A stretch of DNA of 64,000 nt from Hemiscyllium ocellatum. Its lineage: Eukaryota. Location: positions 2,356,001 through 2,420,000 of the forward strand of contig NC_083445.1 of the NCBI RefSeq assembly GCF_020745735.1, written 5' to 3'. The first letter of the stretch is position 1; every line of letters starts with the position of its first letter. Positions 11,800 to 24,167 of this stretch are shown here, piece by piece. The translations under genes were made by a program, and so were the position numbers. The notes below the pieces were generated by a model. The model searched no databases. It was not told the DNA's origin and saw nothing but the letters and a program-made list of their open reading frames with translations.

Positions 11800-12389
11800 C
11801 CAACAACAGAATTTCTAATTGACTTTTTCCGAGGTTGGGGCATGTGTTTTCCTAACCGAATATTGGATATGTTGGGTTTCTGATCTTTGCTTTGTGGCTG
11901 TGTGGCATGTCACCCATTAGTTTCCAGGTCAGTGACCAGAAAATTTTTTTTTACTTATATCAAAGAACTGAGCTGAAGCCTTGAAAGATGTCCATTGTAA
12001 ACTGGAAGAGCGATTTTTAATCTTTCCAAAAACTTCTTCCACTCAGTAACTGTTTTAAGAAATGGCTTCCTGAACAACGACTCAAGCTCCAGAAATGTCC
12101 AGAGGAGGGATAGGGCCTGGTATTTAGAAAGTAAGCCAATATTTTTTCAGAGTTTTCTATATTTAAAAGAGCAATGTGCAGTATAGGGGCTGCAAACAGG
12201 TCCTCACACAATTGGCTTTGTGACAGGACAAGAAATATGTTATTAGTTGTGTGAAGTAGAGTGCAAGTTTGAGATAACTTGTTCAACATCCTGCAAATTT
12301 GATTGAAGTGCAGGGGATACCTAAACAAAGTAAATCTTTGTCTTAATTCTTCATTTTGTGAGTCATAAAGAGGTGAAATATTGGGATTT

Positions 12390-14640
12390 CAGACCATAAG
12401 ATGTCAGAACACAAGTGGGCCATTCACTCTATCAATGAGATCACAGCTGATTTACTAATCCTTAACTCCACTTCCTGGCTTTATCACCATAACTCATCCT
12501 TACACTTTAAAAACCTGTCTGTCTCAGCCTTGAATATTGTTAATGCCTCAGGTAAAGAATTCCACAGATTCACTACACTCTAACTCAATAAAATCATTCT
12601 CATTTCTGTCTTAAACACTTACTCTGAGATGATGTCCTCTGGTCCTACACTCTCCCACGACAGGCATTAACATCTCAGTATCTTCTCTGTCGTGACCCCT
12701 GAAATCTTTTATGTTTCAAAAGAATCTCCTGTTATTCTTCAAAATTCCAATGAGTACAGCCCAACCTATTTACTATGAAACTGCCTCCATATCCAACCCT
12801 AATAAAGTTTCTCTGGACTGTCTCCAGTGCCAGTAAATCTTTTGTTATGTAAGGGAATCAGAAATGTTCACTGTATTCCAGCTGTGGTCTAATTTGTGCT
12901 ATGTATAGTTATTGCAAGACCTCTCAGTTGTTATCCACTATCCCATTGGAATGAAGACCAACATGCCATTTGCTTTTCTTTGTTCCTGCTGAATTTGGAT
13001 GCTTGCTTTTTGTGATTCATACACAAGGATCCCCAAATTCATCTGTTCCATAGCTTTCTACAGTTTTTCTCAGATGAAATAATATCATCTCCTGTAGTTT
13101 CCTATCAAAGTACATAGCCTCACATTTTATTCCATCTGCTAAGTTTTTGTCCATTCACTTAACATGTCCATATCCCTCTACAGAATCTTTGAACATCCTT
13201 AACATTTGCTTTCCCACTTGTTTTCATCTCATCAGCAAACTTGACAATGTGGCATTAATTTCCCTCATGCAAGTTATTAATATACATGATCAATAATTAT
13301 GGCCCCAGCACTGATCCCTGTAGCACTCCATTCATTACTACTGTATTCTGAAAATGCCACCCTTTAGCTGTACTCTGTCTTCTACTAGTTAGCCTGTCCT
13401 CTAACCATGCTTATGTGCTAGCACTGTGGATTGTCTTCTTATTAAATAACTTTATAACAGTACCTTATCAAATGTCATTTGGAAATCCAAATATATATAT
13501 GGATTCCCTTTTATCTCTCCAACGTGTTACCCCCTTAAAGAGTTCCAATAAATTTGACAGGCATTACTTCATGAAGCCATACTGACCTGCATGATTATAT
13601 TTTGTATTTCTAAATGCTCTACAATTGCATCTTTATAGCAGACTCTTAACATTTTCCCAATTATAGATATTAAGCTAACTAGCTTACAGTTACATCTTTT
13701 GTCCCTCCTTTTTTGGATAAGGGCAATTGGCAGTTTTCTAATCATCTGGGATTTTTCCAGAATCTCTATTCTTGGAAAATTATTACTAGTGTGTCCACTA
13801 TCTCTGTAGCTACTTTGTTGACTATCCTAGGAAGCTTCCATCACATCCAGAGAATGTACCAGCTTTTAGCCCCCAGTAGTTTTCTTTTCTCTCCAGTGAT
13901 AGTTATTCTATTTATTCTCTTTCTCTCTCACACACACACACACACTCACATTCAGCATTGGTTATTTCACACATTAGGGTCTCCTGCCATGAAAACTGAT
14001 GCAAAGTATTTATTCAATTCTTCTGCCATGCCTCGGTTCCCCATTATCATTTCCCCAGCCTCATTCTCTCAGGACCCTACAAGTACTTGGGCCTTTCTCT
14101 TCCTTTTCATATATTTAAATAAGCTCTTGCTGTCTGTTTTTACATTACTTGCTGATTTACACCCAAAGTTTATGTTTTGCTTTATCTTCGTCACCTTTTG
14201 TTGGCTTTTAAAACTTTTCCAATCCTCTGATTTACTACCATTTTTTGCCATGTTGTAGCATTTGTTTTTCAAGTGATGCGATCCTTAATGTCTCTGGTAA
14301 ACTATGGTTGGTTTATTCCCTACTTAGAATTCTCCTTCTTCATTGGGATTTTATTTGCTATCAACCATTTTCTTAAATGTCTGCCACTGTTCCTGGACCA
14401 TATTTCCTGTTAACCACTTTTCACAATCCACACCCACCAACTCTGTCCTTATCCCTATGTAATTATGCTTACTTAAGTTTAACACTGTTGTTTTTGACCC
14501 AAATTTCTCACATTCAAATGGAATGCTAAATTCTGTCATGTTCTGGCCCTTGTTCCATTGGGGATCTTTTACTCTAAGAAAGATCTGCCTCTTTATATAT
14601 ATTAGCAGATCCAAAACTGATTGCCAGTAGAATCCACAAC
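12390..14640 (-). mobile_element. Old CR1/L2-like LINE remnant
   Basis: Minus-strand fragments (SKSLFKYMKRKR, LNLSKHNYIGIRTEL) and a CR1-like 3' region near 12400; many stops. Boundaries approximate. Confidence 0.7.
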
Positions 14641-14644
14641 ATAT

Positions 14645-14938
14645 TCATAGAATATGACTCCCTACAGAATGGAAGCAGGCCATTTGGCCCATCAGATCCA
14701 CACCAACCCTTTGAAGAATATCCCACCCCTGGCCCTATCCCCATAAGCCTGCAATTCTCATGGTCAATCCACCTAATCTGCACAATTTTGGATTGTGGGA
14801 GGAAATCAGAGCATCCGGTGGAAATCCACACAGACACAGGGAGAACATGCAAACTCCACACAGACAATCACCCCAGGCTGGAATCAAACCCAGGTCCCTG
14901 GCACTGTGAGGCAGCAGTGCTAACCACTGAGCCACTGT
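14645..14938 (-). mobile_element. tRNA-derived V-SINE (HE1-like)
   Basis: Reverse complement gives GTGGCTCAGTGGTTAGCACTGCTGCCTCACAG (box A) and the V-domain TGTGTGGAGTTTGCATGTTCTCCC. Confidence 0.88.
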
Positions 14939-15339
14939 ATCTGCTCCAAGTTCTTAATAACACAATCCAGTTTCACTTTTTGCACCAGATATTCCACATG
15001 CTGTGTTTCCACTGTCATTAATTTTGGTTGAAAGAATGAAGAAAAGCTAATTTCAATTTAACGGAATAATTTTAAGGTGGATGTAGAAACAGACTTGAAC
15101 ACATTCATACACAACTTTTTTGTGGCAGAACATGTTGAGAAGGTTGTTTGAAACCTATACACGATCACTAGCTTTTCTAAATAGGAGAGTAGAGAAGCAA
15201 GGAAATGGTGTTTAACCTTTCCAAAACACAGTTTGGGCTTCAGTGGAACATTGTATTTCATTCCAGGGCCCACCCTTCAGGATGTCAGGGTACAGAAGAG
15301 ATTTACTAGAATGGGAGCAGCAATATGGAGAGACCATTC

Positions 15340-15540
15340 GGCATGGAAACAGATCCTTCGGTCTAATTTGTCTGCACCAACTAGATATCCTAAACTGATC
15401 TTGTCCTTTTTGCCAGTATTTTGGCCTATATTTATGTACCCATTGTTTCTTTTAAATGTAATTGTCCCAGCCTCCATCACCTCCTCTGGCAGCTCGTTCC
15501 ATGCACACATCACCCTCTGCATGAAAAAGTTACCCCTCAG
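15340..15540 (-). mobile_element. Inverted CR1 3' end abutting the 5' end of the long CR1 copy
   Basis: QRVMCAWNELPEEVMEAGTITFKR plus tail on the minus strand. Confidence 0.8.
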
Positions 15541-17580
15541 TATATTCCTGTCAGGGTGAAAGGGACGGCTGATAGGTATAGGGAATGCTGGATGACTAAA
15601 GGAATTGAGGGTTTGGTTAAGAAAAAGAAGAAAGCATATGTCTGGTATAGACAGGATAGATCGAGTGAATCGTTAGAAGAGAATAAAGGCCAGTAGGGAG
15701 TATATTTAAGAAGGAAATCAGGAGGGGAAAAAGGGGACATGAGATAGCTTTGGCAAATATGGTTAAGGAGGATCCTATAAATACATTGAGGACAAAAGGG
15801 TAACAAGGGAGAGAGTAGGACCCCTCAAAGATCAACAAGGCAGCCTATGTGTGGAACAGCAAGAGTTGGAGGAGATACTAAACAAGTATTTTGCTTCAAT
15901 GTCTACTGTGGAGAAGGATATGGAAGATATAGACTGTAGGGAAATAGATGGTGATATCTTGAAAAATGTCCATATTACAGAGGAGGAAGTGCTGGATGTC
16001 TTAAAACGCATAAAAGTGAATAAATCCCTAGCACCCGATCAGGTGTCCCCTAGAACTTTGTGGGAAACTAGGGAAGTGATTGCTGAGATATTTGTATCAT
16101 CGATAGTCACAAGTAAGGTGCTGGAAGACTGGAGTTGGCCACCGTGGTGCCACTATTTAAGAAAGGTGATAAGGACAAGCCAGAGAACTATAGACCAGTG
16201 AGCCTGACATCAGTGGTGGGTAAGTTGTTGGAGGGGCAAGATATACATGTATTTGGATTGGCAAGGACTGATTAGGGATAGTCAGCATGGCTTTGTGCAT
16301 GGGAAATCGTGTCTCACAAACTTGATTATGTTTTTTGAAGAAGTAATGAAGAGGATTGATGAGGGCAGAGTGGTAGATGGGATCTATATAGACTTCAGTA
16401 AGGCATTCAACAAGGTTCCTCAGGGTAGGCTGGTTAGCAAGGTTAGATCTCACGGATTAGAAGGCAGAAGACAGAGGGTAGTGGTGAAGGGTTGTTTTTC
16501 AGACTGGAGGGCTCTGACCAGCGGTGTGCCTCAAGGATCAGTGCTGGGTCCACTGCTATAAATGATTTAGATGTGAACACAGGAGACAGAGTTAGTAAGT
16601 TTGCAAATGACACCAAAATTGGAGGTGTAGTGGACAGAGAATAAGGTAAACTCAGACTACGACTTGATCAGATGGACCATTGGGCCAAGGAATGGCAGAT
16701 AGACTTTAATTTAGATAAATGTGAGATGCTGCATTTTGGCACTTATACACTTAATGGTAAGATCTGGGGAGTGTTGCTTAACAGAGACCTTGGAGTGCAG
16801 GTTCATAGCTCCTTGAAAGTGGAGTTGCATGTAGCTAGGATAGTGAAGGTGTTTGGTATGCTTCCCTTTATTGGTCAGAGTGTTGAGTACAGGAGTTTAA
16901 ATCAGAGTGGTGCTAGAAAAGCTCAGCAGGTCAGGCAGCATCTGAAGAGCAGGAAAATCAACGTTTCGGACAAAAGCCCTTCGTCAGGAATAGAGGCAGG
17001 ATGCCTCCAGGGTGGAGAGATTGTTAGGCCACTATTGGAATATTGTGTGCAATTCTCAGCTCCCTGCTATAGGAAGGACGTTGTGAAACTTGAAAGGATT
17101 CAGAAAAGATTTACAAGGATGTTGCCAGGGTTGGGGGATTTGAGCTATAGGGAGAGGTTGAACAGGCTGGGGCTGTTTTCCCTGGAGAATCAGAGGCTGA
17201 GGGGTGACCTTATAGAGGTTTATAAATTCATGAGGGGCATGGATAGCATAAATAAACAATAATATTTTCCCTGGGTGGGGGACTCCAGAACTAGAGGGCA
17301 TAGGTTTAGGGTGAGAGGGGAAAGATATAAAAGGGACATAAGGGGCAACGTTTTCACACAGAGGGTGGTACGGGTATGGAATAAGCTGCCAGAGGATGTG
17401 GTGGAGGCTGGTACAATTACAACATTTAAAAGGCATCTGAATGGTTAATGAATAGGAAGGGTTTGGAGGGATATGGGCCAAGTGCTGGCAAATGGGACTA
17501 GATTAGGTTAGGATATCTGGTCGGCGTGGACAGGTTTGACCAAAGGGTCTGTTTCTGTGCTGTACATCTCTATGACTCTA
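15541..17580 (+). mobile_element. CR1/HER1 LINE ORF2 3' 2 kb (frameshifted), with a small PLE insert at about 16901-17020
   Basis: QHGFVHGKSCLTNL, YIDFSKAFNKV, SGVPQGSVLGPLL, RLRGDLIEVYK; 3' tail ctctatgactcta. Confidence 0.93.
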
Positions 17581-17795
17581 ACTTAAAGCTATGCCCTCTA
17601 GTTTTGGACTTTCCCACCCTGGGGAAAGACATCTGTTTGCCCTATCCATGCCCCTAATGATTTTAATAAACCTCGATAAGGTCATCCTCAGCCTCTGATG
17701 CTCTTGGGAAGAAAGCCCCAGCCTGTTCAGCCTCTCCCTATAGCTTAAACGCTCCAACCCTGGCAACATCCTTGTAAATCTTTTCAGAACCCTGA
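17581..17795 (-). mobile_element. Inverted CR1 fragment
   Basis: KRFTRMLPGLERLSYRERLNRLGL on the minus strand; complementary to about 17098-17310. Confidence 0.85.
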
Positions 17796-18079
17796 AGAAA
17801 CTAAGATTGTTCTTTTTAGAACCACTCAAAACGGATAAAACCGTAAACTCTTTGTTTATCCAAAAGAAAAACAATTCCCATTGGCAAAAGGATCAGTAAT
17901 GAATGGGGTACAATTTTAAGAAACTGGTTAAAGACCAAAGTGGGCCATGCAGTTTTTTTAAACTGTTGAGTTTTGTGTTGTGGACCGCGCTGCTTGGGAA
18001 GGTATGGGTCAATTTCAATAGTAACTTTCTAAAGGAAATTGTGGAAATCTTTGATGTTATGATTACAATATCCAGCTAT

Positions 18080-18114
18080 CACCTGATGAAGGAGCGGCGC
18101 TCCGAAAGCTAGTG
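18080..18114 (+). ncRNA. Minimal type I hammerhead ribozyme (PLE family B), intact core
   Basis: CAC-CUGAUGA-A-GGAGC-GGC-GCUCC-GAAA-GC-UA-GUG. Lies in an 87-bp insertion (18078-18164) with a 13-bp TSD ACAAT(A/C)TCCAGCT. Confidence 0.75.
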
Positions 18115-18870
18115 TGCTTCCAATTCAACCTGTTGGACGAAAACCTGGTGTTGTGTGATTTTTAACAATCTCCAGCTGGTTAGTGAATGTCAGATTGTGT
18201 TGCAGTAGCAGCCTCTGGCCAGATGATGGTGATGTTGTTCCAAGAATGATCATGAACAGTTTACAGCACCTTGCAGAAAGGGTATGGTCAATCAGAAGGG
18301 AGGGTTCCAACACCTTTCACAATCACTTGTAGTCACTGTTGTAATGTAGAAACACAAGCGAATTCACACTCTCTGCGTTTATAATGTTGCTTGAGGGACA
18401 AATATCAGCCAGAGCATCAGGGATAGCTTCAGATCCTTCCTTTAATGTCTTATCCGAAATATAGCACCTGAGAACACAGCACTCTCTTCACATTGCATTT
18501 ATGTGAAATAATCTAAACCACCACCTCTGCAATTGGTGCAAGTCTGACAATTTACACCACATCCACCCAGAAGTACTGAGGCAAATTAATGCTGAAACTG
18601 GAGATTGAACTAAGATCCATCCTGACGTGGACCAGGAGAGATAGAACCCAATTATCTCATTACTTATGTTTCAAAAACCACAAAATACATTTCTTCTGGA
18701 TTCATTTGTGACAGAAACCGTGGTTTGAAAATGTGAAAAGAATCATTAAAATGATAAAAATCAGCCACCTGGTCATCAGTGTATTCTCCAGCCAATGTAT
18801 GTAGTGTCTGGTGTAATTATATTAATGACTGGAATACTGTATAAATTTGCTGTTGTAGTGCGTGCGATTA

Positions 18871-18897
18871 AATAAAAAGTCTCCTTCACAGAATAAA
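18871..18897 (+). terminator. Candidate DENND1C poly(A) signals (AATAAA x2)
   Basis: AATAAA at 18871 and 18892, preceded by a TGTA-rich unique stretch. Use by this gene is inferred. Confidence 0.4.
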
Positions 18898-19734
18898 GGA
18901 ATTTGCACAAAGGTCATTTGACAATCACATTACTTGGGAAATAGAAAGTCACTGTGGCGTTCAGGGATTAGAGAAGGTGGAATTTGATTCAAAACAAGCA
19001 ACCATTGTTACAAAAAAATGGCAGAACTATTCAAGAGGTGAACAGCTCTATAAGTTTCTCTGCACTCCCAGGTTCACTGCACAGTCCAAGGATGTATTTC
19101 CCAAACCTCCTCAATAGTTTTTAATAATAACACAATATTGGATATTTATCCTGGGATTTGGTGATATTTGTCACTGGATCTTGTGCTGGACTTCAGGAAA
19201 TTCCCCAAAAGTCCATCATGTGATCTCTGGCAGTGCAGCTGCACAAATAGTAACACATGTACCCTGGTCATGTGGAGAAACTGGGATTTTATAAAACAGC
19301 AACTAAAGATTCTAAGACTTCAGTGTTAGATGGGGAACTAAAGATTCATGAATCATTGATAGCACTTTGTAATAACAAAACCCACAAATTAGATCGAAAC
19401 ACACAGGTTTCGCTTAAGACCAGGCCAAAAAGCTGGGTCACATTACAGCACTCCCCATGGCAGGATGATGAATTATTTTATGACAAGTTTACACTGGTTG
19501 TTTCAATTATAAATTGAAGCTAACATTTACAACAACAAGAAGTGTGGTAAAAATATCAATGGGAAAGTGGTTTTTTTCTAGCCAGTGTTTGCAAATGTAA
19601 GCTTTGTAAGATATTGATTGTGTGTGCACTTCTTTCACTTAAAATTATTACAAGAAAATAACTCGCCAAAAGCAGAAAGTTACACTAAGAATTTCTGTAG
19701 TCTCTTGTTTGATGTAGTACAAATTCACCCAGTG

Positions 19735-19740
19735 TTTATT
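19735..19740 (-). terminator. Candidate CRB3 poly(A) signal
   Basis: TTTATT on + (AATAAA on -), about 1.35 kb after the CRB3 stop in AT-rich unique sequence. Confidence 0.5.
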
Positions 19741-21078
19741 TAACAGCAATCTCTTGGTCTTGATATAAACTCATTCAGTGTTTACTGAACAGCAGTTTAA
19801 CAATTTCGCCTTGACGAGAGACATATTTACATGTTTCTTATATAATTCTCCTGGCCTTTATAAAACAGCAGAACCTCCAATTTACCCTCATTCAGGAAGA
19901 TTTTTTAAATTATATATTTTTCATCTAGTGCAAGACAGCCACAGAGAGAATAAAAAATGTTTCAAATTTGAAACACCCAACATTTATCTTTTACTGACAT
20001 CTCACAAATAACTTCTCAAAGTCTGTCTCCTTACGACTTTCTCATCTACAGTGGCCGCATCACTGAGGAATCAACTAATCAAAATTACAAACTTCTGTCA
20101 ACAGTTTCAAATTGACACCATTCCAAGGACTGGGACGATGTAAAGTCAGAACTATACTAGGGGAGCCCTCCTGTCCCAGTTACATCTCACCATCGTGAAG
20201 GTTAATAACTTACACAAGATAGGATCAAACAGGGACTCTCAAAATAAATCTTAAAAAATCAACTTAAACATCCTTTTAAAATAATATGACACAAAACTAT
20301 GATGTCATCTATATGACTGAAATCTCTAAACAGATGTGTTAATGCACCTACGTAACACAATGGGTGGTCTCCTGAGCTTGTGCAATGTATGGGTTAGGAG
20401 AATGTGGGATTACCAAATGGTCTCTGATAATTGCTGAGTGCTACTTTCATTTCACTGCGTTCAATTGTGGGAAGGTAGTGTGTCTCCATTCTGGGTCTAT
20501 TTCTAACTCAGAAGGACAGTGGGGCCCAGAGACCCAGAAACAATGTAAAACAGGGCCTTGCTAAACATCTTTACTTTCTTCTGAAATAAAAATCTCCGAT
20601 GTGAGATCTCCTGGACACATTGGCCTGAATATCCTTGTTCAGAAGGGTCTACTGTCCCTGTTCCAGCAGCTGAGATAGGATAGTCAGACCATCGACCGCT
20701 CAATACAGGTGGCATATTGCTTTACATTAGGCAACAAGAGGCTGGTTTTGGTTTGTGGTGTTGATCCAGAGATACCCCTGGAGAAAGAGTGCCATGTAAC
20801 TAGATCCTTTCAATCATGACACCATGCACACAAGAAGATACTCAAATTAAAAAGGCAGATACTGTGCCTTGTAATAGTTCAGTGTGGAGCATCATTCACC
20901 TGAAACCCAACAAAAACAAAATGAGAATCAATAAAAAGGATAAAGATCACAGGATCGTTGCTGATGGTCAACATTCTACAAAGCAATGACCAACAGTGGC
21001 AGATTTTCCTTGGTTTTCTAGTTTACATCCTTATGCACCAGCAGGATTGTGATGATGGCTGAGTCAGTGGGACATCAC

Positions 21079-21273
21079 TTAGATAAGTCTTTCCTCTGGA
21101 GGCAGTTTCAGGCCGTGGTTGACTTGTGTTCGTGCCCCAATCTGCTCCTGCTGACTCGGGTTATATGTCCCCTCATCCCTCCGCTTTCCCTTCAGCTTTA
21201 TGAAGAGCACAGCGAGGATGATGATGATGATCAGCACACCACCGATAACACTGGGAGCCACAATGGCAGCAAT
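21079..21273 (-). CDS. CRB3: Crumbs homolog 3 last exon: TM helix, FERM-binding GTYNPS..E, PDZ-binding ERLI
   Basis: catacag| acceptor; [64 protein letters not shown]. Confidence 0.95.
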   Translation of the reverse strand: MAAIVAPSVIGGVLIIIIILAVLFIKLKGKRRDEGTYNPSQQEQIGARTQVNHGLKLPPEERLI

Positions 21274-22173
21274 CTGTATGGGAGGTCAATAATGCACAGT
21301 TATCCTTATCCTGACACCAGCAAGCAAATATTACACGTACTTTCCTATCCCTGAAAAACAAACACCCAGCCTCCAATAATCTATTCCCAATGTTTCTGCT
21401 TCAGATCAGAGTCTGGAGTGTTAGCAGTCAATTCGATCACCGTGAATTCAATTTCATGGGATTGGCCTGTGTAACTCCTGAACAGCAAGGGGTAAGAAAC
21501 AAGACTCATTCTACCCCAACCCGTCCTCTAGAGATAAGCAACATTAACAGAAACAGCCAGACTCTGGTCCATGGATTTACTAATCTCTCATTCAGCACAG
21601 ACTGACGTCAGAGGCAAGGACCACCTGGAATTGTGACGCTCAGTATCAGATCGCATACTGCAGGTTTCTACTGGCTTGTGAGACAACCAGTCAGTCAGGA
21701 GCTGATTCAAGAAAACTAAAACATCAACCATCTCAAAAAAGGACACAGCAACACAGAGGACAGAGCGACAAAACCCACAGACAAACAGGAGCTGAAGGAT
21801 TTTCACATCCCATACCAACCCTCCACTCAATCAAACCATTCTCATCACACTTCTAACAGGTCTTGAATAGAAGCTATGGACAGGGAGAGGATTCCATCTC
21901 ATGGTTCTTTCAAGATCTCCCTTGACCGTCAGAAGGCAGGACCCAGACCGCACAACTCTACAAACAGGTATTGAGCAGAGCTGAACAAAGAAACTCTGAT
22001 AGTAAACAGAGACTGAGTCAATCTCCTGTAATCAGTCTTGAGATGAAAACCTCCCAGGAATTTCATTGCTCACAATCCAGGCCATCACTGCCTACAGCAA
22101 TACAGTGAATGTGGAGACAGTAACTGGCCCTAGTATACAAATCATAGTGAAGAGAAAGGAGGGTGTCACTTAC

Positions 22174-22223
22174 TGGAACATCTGATCTTGATGCCTCTGT
22201 GGAATTTGGGCTGGTTGCATTTT
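22174..22223 (-). CDS. CRB3: CRB3 short ectodomain exon (E)NATSPNSTEASRSDVP
   Basis: taaatag| and |gtaagt; 50 nt, phase 1/0 joining the last exon; two N-glycosylation sequons. Confidence 0.8.
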
Positions 22224-22819
22224 CTATTTACAAAGAAGATAAAAAAGCAAATGAATCATTAATTAGAACACTTCCTGATCCAGTGAAAACCATTTAAAAC
22301 CTGAGGCACAAATGCCTCAGAGGTCAAATTAACAAGATATTCAAGGAAGTAAAGATTATTAACAACCAGTTCCCACATGAGAACTTCAGCTGAGGAGTAA
22401 TCAGCCTCACAGCTGACTCAAGTCGATGCAGAATGCTCAACCTTGCAGTTTAAAAAGTTGGGCCAAGCATTCAGCTGTTCCCTACCTTCTCTAGTTAGGG
22501 GGAAAAGTTGGCATTCTCAATCCCAATCTCCATTCACAGCACAAACAGAATTGCATGTGTCAGCAATAGGAACCCAAGGTGCAATTCGGTTGTAAACTTT
22601 GATCCACTGTCGATACACACCGTTTGAGCAACACGTCAAATGTTCAATCCTCACTCAGGGTAACAGACCCCAATTCTAAATCAAACAATGCAGTCATGGG
22701 AGAATGGGAAATTTTTGGGAGAGCTTTTTTTCCCCACTTGAAATCCACTCGACCTGTCACACAGTCACTTCTTAATAAAATGACACCAAGGTTTCAGACC
22801 TAAGCCAAATGCTGTCAGC

Positions 22820-23070
22820 AGGTTTGGGTTCAGGGTACGGGTTAGGATTGGGGGTTGGGGTACGGAGTTTGGGTTCGGAGTACCATGTTAGGTTCAGGGT
22901 TGGGGTCGGGGTACGGGTTCAGGGTACAGGTTAGGGTCTGGGGTCAGGTTGGGGTTGGGGTTGGTGTTCAGGTTCGGATTAGGTTAGGGATTGGAATTGG
23001 GGTTCAGGTTGGTTTTGGGAGTTGGGGTTGGTGTTTAGGTTCAGGTTGGGGGTGGAGATTGGGGTTAGCA
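22820..23070 (+). repeat. G-rich degenerate (GGGTT/GGTTAG/GGTTCA) repeat, G-quadruplex-prone
   Basis: Many GGG/GGGG runs about 6 bp apart. Confidence 0.8.
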
Positions 23071-23865
23071 GGCACAGAGACAAAGTCAGTCACAAAAGCT
23101 CAAGGCTGTAAAGACACCCCTGTTCCTTTGTCTTACTACATGGCTCCTGCCTGCACCCTCAGGTTGGTGTAGAAGGATTTATAAAATAGTGGGGGTGAGG
23201 ACAAAAAAGTACAAAATTAGATTTGGCAAAGTCAGGAGTGATTCCAAAACTAAAAAGTGCGGCTGGTGATAAACAGGATTAAAACCACATCTTGTTACTA
23301 TAGTAACAGCAGCACCTTGAAAATCCTTCCAGCTTACAGTAACCCTTAACATTCACAGATTTATTACATTTCATTCACAGAGAGAACTAAGGACCCCTCC
23401 CCAGGACAATTGTTTCTTTGCGTTTATTGTGGGTTCTGTAAACTTCTCCACCCCCAGTTCCCAGAATTGCTTAATTTCCGCTTCCAACCATCCCCCAACA
23501 CTCCAGCTGACATTGTACCTGTACCAGAGAAGTAGTCATGGGTCACGTTAATGAATAATCCTCCCAGATCACTGCACTGCAGCTATCTCACCTCATGATT
23601 CACAAGGCACTATACAGAGAACAAGCATCAGCTCCCTCCCACTTCCTGCTCACTGATCCATTTGGTAATGATTAACCAACAACAACCACCAAAAAAACAA
23701 ACTTTCTCTGTTACTTATCTACTACAATCGGAACAAACTTTAAACATCAGTTCACTCAAGTCAATTTCTCCCAGTGGAATAATTATGATCCTGATAGGTT
23801 TTTTCAGGATGTTTCTCCAGACTGGAGATTCCGGAACAAGGTGGCATGGTGTCTGATAAAGCCAG

Positions 23866-24167
23866 TTAAAAAAAAATCACACAACACCAGGTTATAGTCC
23901 ATCAGGTTTATTTGGAAGCACTAGCTTTTGGAGCGACGCTCCTTCATCAGGTGGTTGTGTCTGATTAGGCATTGGCCATTTCAGATTGACGTGAAGTTGT
24001 CAGTGTTGGACCAGGTCAGAAGTCACACGACACCAAGTTATAGTCCAACAGGTTTATTTGAAATCACAGACTTTCGAAACACTGCCTCTTCGTCAGGGTC
24101 AAGGAGCAGCGTGTGATTTCAAATAAACCTGTTGAACTATAACCTGGTGCCAAGTGACGTCTGACCT
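23866..24167. mobile_element. Two adjacent PLE family B insertions (monomer about 23866-23956; inverted dimer 23990-24167)
   Basis: HHR-like core with G12A at 23919-23954 (-). TSD CATTTCAGA(T/C)TGA at 23977-23989 and 24168-24180. Confidence 0.75.
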
